Origin: a virus
Lineage: Duplodnaviria > Heunggongvirae > Uroviricota > Caudoviricetes
Direction: 5' to 3' (one strand)
DNA: 64,000 nucleotides
Virus record (IMG/VR): IMGVR_UViG_3300009008_000023
Coordinates: 1 to 64,000 of that record
Of the stretch, positions 30,337 through 37,119 are shown in pieces; the first letter of the stretch is position 1, and each line of letters opens with the position of its first letter. A program made the position numbers and the translations under genes. The notes beneath the pieces were generated by a model, which was not told where the DNA came from, did not search any database, and saw nothing but the letters and a program-made list of their open reading frames with translations.

Positions 30337-31245
30337 ATCGTCCAGTATTCTACCTCGTGTGGAGTGCTGGTGATCGGGTGTATGAGCTCGTTAGGATAAG
30401 GATGGTAACATCCCCAAAGATTTGGGATTAGTCCCCCAGGTCGCTTTTTCTAGCCTTCGTGGCCGTGATGATTAAGCCCGATTATAAATTATGTCTTGTC
30501 ACTTCAGACCACCCTGGGCAACGCTGATGGGTATTATTGGTTGGTAAGTGAGGCTTCTCTACGGAGGAGTTGAGTAGGTGAGGGAGCATTTCCAAAGGCT
30601 TAGCGGCTGGAGGGGTGCCGACGAGCCTATAGTGAGGCATCAAGGTAAAGTTCGAGTCGGTTGGTTCCGGCAAGAGCATAAGCCAATCAAGCAGCTAACA
30701 CGGATGGAGACGTTCGGGGGCTGTGCGATAGATAAGTGAACCAACGCTCATCAAGGGTAGGTGTGCTATTCCTGGGATCGAAAGTTCTGGGAGGCGCAAG
30801 GCCCAGTACCTATTCTGACTACTACTTTAATATAAAAGTTCCAATTGAACAGGAAATGTTTATGCGAAAAGACGCTAAAACCTGGTGCCCGGTTGAAGCG
30901 CATCTTAGCTCTATAGTCTAGGGCGGGATGTTCATCAAAGTTGACTACGCAGTGAGCCTTCGGGCAACGAGCTGCGGGGGATGGTTCGGCAAGAACCAAC
31001 CCTGAACCTTAAAAGAGTTTCCTTGATGCGGTCAGCTGCCGCCGATAGGACCCGCTTTTGGGAAAAGAGGCTTCGCCGTAAAAGATTGATTGGCTTAACC
31101 AATTGTCATCGAACCACTACGATTCCCAACCCTTCGGGGGAAAGAGCGTGGATAAGGGGCTAAGGGGAGACCCGTACGGCCAGTGCGCATAGCACGGTAA
31201 TACCAAAGGTGGTTCTAAAAATGCTGTAGTCTCAGGCATTTTTTT
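30331..31245 (+). ncRNA. candidate large structured non-coding RNA (about 0.9 kb), family unknown (GOLLD/ROOL-class candidate)
   Basis: No ORF over 77 aa on either strand; GC content above neighbours; bounded by promoter motif at 30321-30335 and terminator at 31217-31247. Confidence 0.45.
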
Positions 31246-31247
31246 AC
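31217..31247 (+). terminator. rho-independent terminator
   Basis: AATGCTG...CAGGCATT hairpin plus T7, immediately before the promoter motif. Confidence 0.6.
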
Positions 31248-31271
31248 CTTAAAAATGGTATAAGATAAATG
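31240..31271 (+). promoter_or_regulatory. phage promoter motif (tttttACCTTAAAAATGGTATAAGATAAATG)
   Basis: Full extended consensus; follows terminator. Confidence 0.6.
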
Positions 31272-31302
31272 TACAACCTTCGATTATAACTTAGGAGGAC
31301 TC

Positions 31303-31506
31303 ATGCAGTGGTTTTACAATTTACTCTGCGCGATAGGACTCCATTCTTGGAAGAGGCACATTGACCACACTACTGGCAATTTCGATGAGTGGGTGCGAGT
31401 GAAAGTGTGTCTCAACTGTGGAGCGGAGTTTGTGCAGGCGACTCGTTCAGGGCCTTGGATCACCTGGGACCAGTATTACCAGCATCTTGGGTTGAAACGG
31501 AACTGA
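31303..31506 (+). CDS. hypothetical protein (67 aa)
   Basis: ORF after promoter motif at 31250. Confidence 0.3.
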   Translation: MQWFYNLLCAIGLHSWKRHIDHTTGNFDEWVRVKVCLNCGAEFVQATRSGPWITWDQYYQHLGLKRN

Positions 31507-31514
31507 GTATGAAT

Positions 31515-31549
31515 GCCGGGGTGACGGAATTGGTAGACGTAGCGGACTT
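31515..31549 (+). tRNA. tRNA-Leu(UAA) exon 1 (acceptor 5', D arm, anticodon stem to U34)
   Basis: GCCGGGGTGACGGAATTGGTAGACGTAGCGGACTT resembles the bacterial tRNA-Leu 5' half; pairs with 3' half at 32267..32315. Confidence 0.7.
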
Positions 31550-31650
31550 ATGTAAATGAGTGCCCTGTAAGAAATTACAGGAGTAGAACTTCTCAAATTC
31601 GGGGAAACCTGTAAAATGGCAATCCCGAGCTAAGCTTAGAGTAGACGTAA

Positions 31651-31679
31651 ATAAATAGCTTGACATTTGAGTATTCCGT
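31651..31679 (+). promoter_or_regulatory. consensus sigma70 promoter (TTGACA-17 bp-TATAAT) driving the intron HNH ORF
   Basis: cTTGACAtttgagtattccgtatgTATAATtag; perfect -35 and -10 hexamers, 17-bp spacer. Confidence 0.7.
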
Positions 31680-31694
31680 ATGTATAATTAGTAC

Positions 31695-32168
31695 ATGGCA
31701 AAACAACGAAAATACACAGATGACCAGCTTAGATCAGCAGTTAAGTCAAGCCGATCAATACGTCAAGTTCTTGGTAAACTTGGACTAGCTCAAGCAGGTG
31801 GAAACTATACTTCGGTTACAAACCAGATCGCTAGGTTGCAACTTGATTCATCTCACTTTTTGGGCCGTGGGCATCGAAAAGGATCAACAACTCCAGTTGT
31901 TCCGAAACGCCCATTGTCTGAAGTGTTAGTAAAGCATTCTTCATATCAATCGTATAAGCTTAAGAAGCGATTGATTAAAGAGGGTTTGCTAAAACAAAAG
32001 TGTGATAGTTGTAATTTAGTAACTTGGTTACAAACAGACATACCTTTAGAACTGTACCATAAAAACGGTGTAAAGTCTGACAATCGAATTGAAAATCTCC
32101 AACTGTTGTGTCCAAACTGCCACGCTCTTACAAACACGTATAGAGCAAAGAACTCTAAGAAAGTGTAG
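31695..32168 (+). CDS. HNH endonuclease (intron-encoded, within tRNA-Leu intron)
   Basis: C-terminal ENLQLLCPNCHALTN HNH motif. Confidence 0.75.
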   Translation: MAKQRKYTDDQLRSAVKSSRSIRQVLGKLGLAQAGGNYTSVTNQIARLQLDSSHFLGRGHRKGSTTPVVPKRPLSEVLVKHSSYQSYKLKKRLIKEGLLKQKCDSCNLVTWLQTDIPLELYHKNGVKSDNRIENLQLLCPNCHALTNTYRAKNSKKV

Positions 32169-32266
32169 AGACTTTACGGGAAGGCTCTAAGGCTTGAGCG
32201 CTATGAGCAAGAGAAAGTCCAGACCATCAAACAGTTTAAGCTGGTAGCGAAAGCTATAGTGGTACG

Positions 32267-32317
32267 AAAATCCGCTGGCTGTAAGGTCGTACGGGTTCGA
32301 CTCCCGTCCTCGGTACC
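32267..32317 (+). tRNA. tRNA-Leu(UAA) exon 2 (A35 to 3' end, long variable arm, A73)
   Basis: AAAATCCGC + variable arm TGGCTGTAAGGTCGT + T arm ACGGGTTCGACTCCCGT + CCTCGGT-A-CC. Confidence 0.7.
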
Positions 32318-32351
32318 GAAAGAAAGGGCGTAAAAAACGTCCAAAAATCAG

Positions 32352-32378
32352 GCCCAAAAAATGGGTATAAGAAAAGTG
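32352..32378 (+). promoter_or_regulatory. phage promoter motif (ccaaaaaATGGGTATAAGAAAAGTG)
   Basis: Consensus match, GTG in place of ATG. Confidence 0.55.
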
Positions 32379-32420
32379 TAATGAGGGCTTATGGTAAGCT
32401 CTCGAACTGGAGGTAATGAA

Positions 32421-32648
32421 ATGAGTTTCATCAACAAGGACCGCGCGCTCACTGCTGGTGTCACCACCGTCGCCATCGTTGGCGGCAAGTTCGCCATCGA
32501 CGAATGCAAGAAGGGCTACCGCAGTCTCAAGGCTCGCGGCGAGGCCAAAGCCAAGGCGAAGGCTGAGGAAGCCGAGAAGGCTGCCAAGGAAGAGCCCGAG
32601 AAGAAGGCCGATAGTGACCCTGAGGAGACTTCGGAGAAGAAGTCTTAA
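32421..32648 (+). CDS. hypothetical Ala/Lys/Glu-rich protein
   Basis: ATG 32421 after GGAGG RBS; GC-rich. Confidence 0.3.
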   Translation: MSFINKDRALTAGVTTVAIVGGKFAIDECKKGYRSLKARGEAKAKAKAEEAEKAAKEEPEKKADSDPEETSEKKS

Positions 32649-32744
32649 ACCACCGGGGGAAGAGGAGCTAACGCTCCTCTTCTTAAGTTTAAAATAAGCT
32701 TGACTTTTATTTTATATTTAATATATTAAAAGTCTAATCAAGAA

Positions 32745-32786
32745 TGGGGTAGCTCCTTGACCTAATCAAGGAGAACAATAGACAAT
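32745..32786 (+). promoter_or_regulatory. 5'-UTR hairpin sequestering the RBS of the OMP-like gene
   Basis: CTCCTTGA-cctaa-TCAAGGAG 8-bp stem; the AAGGAG SD lies in the 3' arm. Confidence 0.4.
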
Positions 32787-33239
32787 ATGAAGAAAATATT
32801 AACAATTCTGGGTTTAGCAACCCTTTTACTAGTAACCAGCGTCGGAGTATCCTCCGCGATCTCACTCCGTATGGAAGATTTCGGTATGGGGTCAGCGCCT
32901 GGTTTTGTAGTATTCACAGGTCTTCCTGTCACACAGGGACTTGAAGTAGGCTTTGGTCTGGCTGCTGTGGCAGATACGACTGAATCCCGCGAAGTTAAGT
33001 TTGGCCCAAAAGCCGACGTCACCTTTATTAAGGAAAATATTTACGGTCGAGTAGCAACATCTTTGATGAAAGACTGGGAATTTGATCCTTACTTTGGTGT
33101 CGGATACCGCTTCTATATCACAGAATGGTTTGGTGCAGAAGCAGAGTATGGCTGGGATTTCCTCAAGGATGAGGATCAGAACGAATACGTAGAGTGGAAC
33201 GAAGGACGCGTTTCACTAAACATTTTTGCTCACTTTTAG
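32787..33239 (+). CDS. outer-membrane beta-barrel-like protein (moron)
   Basis: Signal peptide; alternating aromatic/hydrophilic strands; C-terminal ...NIFAHF ends in Phe. Confidence 0.4.
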   Translation: MKKILTILGLATLLLVTSVGVSSAISLRMEDFGMGSAPGFVVFTGLPVTQGLEVGFGLAAVADTTESREVKFGPKADVTFIKENIYGRVATSLMKDWEFDPYFGVGYRFYITEWFGAEAEYGWDFLKDEDQNEYVEWNEGRVSLNIFAHF

Positions 33240-33288
33240 GAGCAGCTAACGGTAGTACAACTTTTTAATTTAATCGATTAAATTAACA

Positions 33289-33312
33289 GGGAGCTACCCC
33301 TCCCTTTTTTTA
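33289..33312 (+). terminator. rho-independent terminator
   Basis: GGGAG-ctaccc-CTCCC hairpin plus T7. Confidence 0.65.
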
Positions 33313-33335
33313 TTGCCCATAACCGTTGTAATATA

Positions 33336-33773
33336 ATGAACTGTATTGATTGTAAAAAGAAAATACAGCATAAATCTAAACGTTGTAGGACATGTTATTT
33401 AAAAACAGTAAAAAGCAATAATGGTAAGAGACTGGTTTGTAAAGAATGTGGAAAGAAATACACATATAGTAAGAAAAAAGGCCACACTCTTAGTTATTGT
33501 AACACATGTAAAACAAGATTAAGCCGTAAAAAGCTAAAATTAAAAGCAATCAAATATAAAGGTGGGGAGTGTAAATTATGTGGATATCGTAAAAATCCCA
33601 CAAGTTTATCTTTTCATCATATAGATTCATCTAAAAAAGAAGCTGAAATTTCAAGACTTATAATGTCTGTTAAGTGTTGGAACACAATTAAAAAAGAATT
33701 AGACAAATGTGTACTTTTATGTGCGAACTGTCACTTAGAAGTACATGCGGGTGTTACAGAATTGGGCCTCTAG
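33336..33773 (+). CDS. HNH endonuclease (free-standing)
   Basis: C-terminal LSFHHIDSSKKEAEIS...LLCANCHLEVH HNH motif; several CxxC pairs. Confidence 0.7.
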   Translation: MNCIDCKKKIQHKSKRCRTCYLKTVKSNNGKRLVCKECGKKYTYSKKKGHTLSYCNTCKTRLSRKKLKLKAIKYKGGECKLCGYRKNPTSLSFHHIDSSKKEAEISRLIMSVKCWNTIKKELDKCVLLCANCHLEVHAGVTELGL

Positions 33774-33840
33774 CTTACCTTGGTGCGAGCGGTTGGTTGA
33801 AGCCCAACAGGTAGTGGTTCGATTCCACTGGGGCCCACCA
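33764..33840 (+). tRNA. tRNA-Phe(GAA)
   Basis: Cloverleaf; anticodon loop TTGAAGC; T loop TTCGATT; CCA encoded; overlaps HNH stop codon. Confidence 0.7.
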
Positions 33841-33917
33841 AGGAGTATTCGCCTAGTCCGGTCTATGGCGCTGCCCTGTCGAGGCAGAATAACACGGGTT
33901 CAAATCCCGTATACTCC
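33841..33917 (+). tRNA. tRNA-Asp(GUC)
   Basis: Acceptor GGAGTAT/ATACTCC; anticodon loop CTGTCGA; T loop TTCAAAT. Confidence 0.75.
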
Positions 33918-34046
33918 GCCTGCCAATAATGGCACTTAGACTTTCAAGGAGAAAGACTATGACATAGGTACGTAACGTATTAAAACCTCCATGACCTTGT
34001 TTAAATTTTTAGACTAAAAACTTTAAACTTAAACAAAGGAAATAAC

Positions 34047-34412
34047 ATGGAACGTTATGAATACATTCTTGCTAAAAAGCAAGAATTAAAAAAGCTAGCG
34101 AAAGAAATCAGGCATTATAAACCTCGTCGTAAACAAGACAAACGTGGCGAAATGTCTCTCTGGCAAATCGAGTGTGAAATAGCTAAACGCAGGTATGAGT
34201 TTAGACACCAGCATATTGCGTACTGCCTCTTAAGAGGACGTGAAATGCACGAGATTGAAAACAAAACCAGAGACGATAACAAACCTAATGAGAGGTATAT
34301 TGATGCCCTACTAGCTGAATACGAAGAGGCTGTACGTCCTAGTGAGGACAGACTTGAAGAAGTCGAGCCCAGCATTACAAGCGGGACATGCCGTAGCACA
34401 GTTCATGCTTGA
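34047..34412 (+). CDS. hypothetical charged protein (121 aa)
   Basis: ORF; overlaps next ORF by 70 nt in another frame. Confidence 0.3.
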   Translation: MERYEYILAKKQELKKLAKEIRHYKPRRKQDKRGEMSLWQIECEIAKRRYEFRHQHIAYCLLRGREMHEIENKTRDDNKPNERYIDALLAEYEEAVRPSEDRLEEVEPSITSGTCRSTVHA

Positions 34413-34620
34413 ACATCCTGATTGCGAATGGAAAAATAGTTACCTCATCTATTTACGAGTTCGTTCTGAGAATGAACTCAACGAGTGGTTAAACAAATGC
34501 GTTGTCGATTCTAAGGTACTCATGTCAGACTTTTATGAGCCTGACTTAGACAATGAGCTAACAGCCATTGCGATATTTGGAATGAATGAAACGACTTTTA
34601 ATAGTTTAAGATTACTATAA
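34342..34620 (+). CDS. hypothetical protein (92 aa)
   Basis: ORF; globular-looking sequence. Confidence 0.3.
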   Translation: MRTDLKKSSPALQAGHAVAQFMLEHPDCEWKNSYLIYLRVRSENELNEWLNKCVVDSKVLMSDFYEPDLDNELTAIAIFGMNETTFNSLRLL

Positions 34621-34628
34621 GTCTGGTA

Positions 34629-34705
34629 GGCTCTATAGCTCAGTCTGGCGAGAGCGGCGGTCTCTAAAACCGTGTCAGTCGTGGGTTCAAATCCCACTGG
34701 GGCCT
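34629..34705 (+). tRNA. amber-suppressor tRNA, anticodon CUA (tRNA-Sup)
   Basis: Acceptor GGCTCTA/TGGGGCC; D arm GCTC...GAGC; anticodon stem GCGGT/ACCGT; loop C-U-CUA-A-A with U33 and A37; T arm GTGGGTTCAAATCCCAC. Confidence 0.65.
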
Positions 34706-34725
34706 CTTATCACAAAGGAGTAAGT

Positions 34726-34992
34726 ATGTGGGAACACATTAATAGAGAAGATGCCAAAAGGCACGTAAAGCCGGGATGGCATGGACTATTAGACGAAGTG
34801 TATGATAAAGTACCTGATGGTATAGAGATACAGGTAATCAAGGAAAAATTTGGTGGCTTAAGAATTTATACGTCACTAATAGATAAAGATAACCAAGACT
34901 TCGGACATTTTTTACTAGAGATCGAAAACAGAAGTAAAGAAATATATGAGTTTTGTGGCGAGCCAGCTACGCATTTCAAGATGATTGCATAA
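34726..34992 (+). CDS. hypothetical protein (88 aa)
   Basis: ATG 34726 after AAGGAG; the longer annotated ORF start lies inside the tRNA. Confidence 0.35.
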   Translation: MWEHINREDAKRHVKPGWHGLLDEVYDKVPDGIEIQVIKEKFGGLRIYTSLIDKDNQDFGHFLLEIENRSKEIYEFCGEPATHFKMIA

Positions 34993-35224
34993 TAGATTTA
35001 AAAGGTTATTATAAAGAAAAAGCAAGAGACCAAGAATTGTCAAGGCGGCAATCTAAGTTGCCTAATAAAATAAGAAAAGAGTAATATGAGAATTTATGCG
35101 GCAATACTTTATGGATTTATATGTACAGTCCTAATACCACACGGACACCCAAATTGGCAATCATTTTTAATAAGTTTTATTGGCTTATCTTATCTAATTT
35201 ATAAAATAGGGGAATATAAATAAT

Positions 35225-35767
35225 ATGACCTATATAATGGTAGACGTAGAGAGTGATGGTCAAATACCTGGGATCACTGATTATTCTATGGTATGTTTTG
35301 GAGCAGTTCTCGTACGAGACCCGTCACAAACATTCTACGGAACAACTAAACCAATATCAGAAAAGTGGGATCCACAAGCCCTTGCAATAAGCGGGTTCTC
35401 TCGTGAAGAGCATGAAGCTTTTGACGATCCTGCTGAAACAATGCTAAAGTTTAAAGAGTGGATTGAAAGTGTAGTAAGAGTGTTTCCTGATGGAAGTAAA
35501 GACCGTCCCCATTTTATCGCAGATAATAATGGGTATGATTTTGCTTTTATTAACTGGTACTTTCACCACTTTTTGGGAGAAAATCCTTTTGGACACAGCT
35601 CCCGTAACTTGGGTGATTTGTACAAAGGGTGCACGCGAAATATGCGTGGGTCCTTCAAAAAATTAAGAAAAACTAAACACACTCATAATCCTGTTGATGA
35701 TGCAATGGGTAATGTAGAAGCACTTCAAGCAATGATTGAAAAGTTTGATCTGAAAGGAAAATTCTAA
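35225..35767 (+). CDS. DEDDh 3'-5' exonuclease (DnaQ/RNase T-like)
   Basis: Exo I MVDVESDG; Exo III HNPVDDAMGN (HxAxxD). Confidence 0.65.
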   Translation: MTYIMVDVESDGQIPGITDYSMVCFGAVLVRDPSQTFYGTTKPISEKWDPQALAISGFSREEHEAFDDPAETMLKFKEWIESVVRVFPDGSKDRPHFIADNNGYDFAFINWYFHHFLGENPFGHSSRNLGDLYKGCTRNMRGSFKKLRKTKHTHNPVDDAMGNVEALQAMIEKFDLKGKF

Positions 35768-35961
35768 TGAACTCGAGTTCTAGTAGTTCTAGTGGAATCG
35801 GATTTGGCGGTTTATTAATCATTGTTTTTATTGTCCTCAAACTGACTGGAGTTATCGCCTGGTCGTGGTTGTGGGTTCTTAGTCCACTTTGGATTAGCCT
35901 TTTAATTGGTCTTATTATTGCAGCATTGATGCTATGGGGTTTCTCTCAATTAGGAAAATAA
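35767..35961 (+). CDS. small membrane protein (64 aa)
   Basis: Two TM helices. Confidence 0.3.
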   Translation: MNSSSSSSSGIGFGGLLIIVFIVLKLTGVIAWSWLWVLSPLWISLLIGLIIAALMLWGFSQLGK

Positions 35962-35969
35962 ACTAACGT

Positions 35970-36047
<78 letters not shown>

Positions 36048-36059
36048 TACTAACAACCC

Positions 36060-36251
36060 ATGGAGGTGAACATGAGCATAGATAAAGAATACAAGCAGCT
36101 ATTAATGGAATCTGGAGGCGATCCGCAAGCTCTTGCTGATCATGCTGAAGATCCTAATGCTCTTGTTGGGTCGCAAAATAAACGTGCGGTCAAAGTTCGT
36201 CATATCTTGAATGATATGGTGTGTTATGATCCGGATTATGATACGGAGTGA
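36060..36251 (+). CDS. hypothetical protein (63 aa)
   Basis: ORF. Confidence 0.3.
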   Translation: MEVNMSIDKEYKQLLMESGGDPQALADHAEDPNALVGSQNKRAVKVRHILNDMVCYDPDYDTE

Positions 36252-36493
36252 ATATGCCTGATTTAGACAGCATTCCTTGTGAATTTGAAGTTCCTGATGA
36301 AATCTTTGGTCCTAAAATACCAAAAGAATTTCAATCAGTTATAGCTGAACTCGATGGTAAAATCGAAAAGTTAATTAAGGAATTCGAAGTAAAACATAAA
36401 TTCATTATCGACACAGTATTTGTAGATAGATACATTGATAGTCCCTTTGGATTTATTAGCGTATCGTGCTCTGGATTCCCTTCAGAAAGTTAA
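36248..36493 (+). CDS. hypothetical protein (81 aa)
   Basis: ORF overlapping upstream stop. Confidence 0.3.
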   Translation: MNMPDLDSIPCEFEVPDEIFGPKIPKEFQSVIAELDGKIEKLIKEFEVKHKFIIDTVFVDRYIDSPFGFISVSCSGFPSES

Positions 36494-36570
36494 TGCCCCA
36501 CTAACTCAATTGGATAGAGTTGCGGCCTTCGAAGCCGAAAGTTGCCTGTTCGAGTCGGGCGTGGGGTACC
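36494..36570 (+). tRNA. tRNA-Arg(UCG)
   Basis: Acceptor GCCCCAC/GTGGGGT; anticodon loop CTTCGAA; T loop TTCGAGT; CCA encoded. Confidence 0.65.
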
Positions 36571-36586
36571 ATAAATAAGGAGCTAA

Positions 36587-36946
36587 ATGGAACATAGAAT
36601 TAAAGAGTTTAAGTTAAGATATCGTGTTGACGGTGATAATGAACCTGGCGGTACTAAAGGAACTCAAACAATAAAGCTTCCTTATAATAGCAGGGTAATG
36701 GGAATTGATTACTTCAATGCTACCCGCAACTCAAGGAAAAGTAGAGTACTATTATATGTACTCGTTCCAGGCTCAAATCTTCCAGACGAAGAGCGTGAAA
36801 TTACGCTTTATTATGATGACGCGCATTTAAATGATAACCCAGGGGAGTATTTAGGAACAATTACTCCAGACCAATGTAAAGACATTGGTCTGCCTATTCA
36901 TGTCTTTCTGGAAGAGCGAAAAGTAAAAAGTACTTTCGCAGAATAA
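36587..36946 (+). CDS. hypothetical protein (119 aa)
   Basis: ORF with AAGGAG RBS. Confidence 0.35.
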   Translation: MEHRIKEFKLRYRVDGDNEPGGTKGTQTIKLPYNSRVMGIDYFNATRNSRKSRVLLYVLVPGSNLPDEEREITLYYDDAHLNDNPGEYLGTITPDQCKDIGLPIHVFLEERKVKSTFAE

Positions 36947-37011
36947 ATTAAAGTGAGAAGTTCCTTACCGCACGAGGATTAAAGGGTAAATTGCGTTGCT
37001 CGCTTCTCTTT

Positions 37012-37099
37012 GCCAGAGTCCCATAGTGGCCGATTGGAGTACCCTTGTAAGGTACCAGGACTTAATTGCCTCGCATCGGTTCGAATCCGATCTCTGGCT
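37012..37099 (+). tRNA. atypical 88-nt tRNA with long variable arm and anticodon UGU (Thr-like)
   Basis: Acceptor GCCAGAG/CTCTGGC; Tyr-like D arm CCA-TAGTGGCCGAT-TGG; anticodon stem GTACC/GGTAC with loop CTTGTAA; 19-nt variable region; T arm ATCGGTTCGAATCCGAT. Confidence 0.55.
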
Positions 37100-37119
37100 C
37101 CTTTCATTAAGGAGAGTGA

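Larger units (their letters stand above)
31550..32266 (+). mobile_element. group I intron in tRNA-Leu(UAA) anticodon loop (U34/A35), carrying an HNH endonuclease ORF
   Basis: Exon halves form a 7-bp acceptor (GCCGGGG/CCTCGGT, two GU), anticodon stem GCGGA/TCCGC, loop CUUAAAA; intron ends in G32266; 3' region has GGTAGCGAAAGCTA P9-like GAAA hairpin and GAGAAAGTCCAG as in cyanobacterial tRNA-Leu introns. Confidence 0.7.

Noticed and set aside
30482-31163. Small ORFs (65, 61, 77, 60 aa) within the 0.9-kb GC-rich locus
   Set aside because: No RBS, mutually overlapping on both strands, and the region has the compositional look of structured RNA; treated as non-coding.
31515-31549. Initially read as a truncated tRNA pseudogene (5' half only)
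   Set aside because: Resolved instead as exon 1 of an intron-containing tRNA-Leu(UAA), because a perfectly matching 3' half lies at 32267..32317.
33745-33939. 64-aa ORF overlapping tRNA-Phe and tRNA-Asp
   Set aside because: Entirely explained by the two adjacent tRNA genes.
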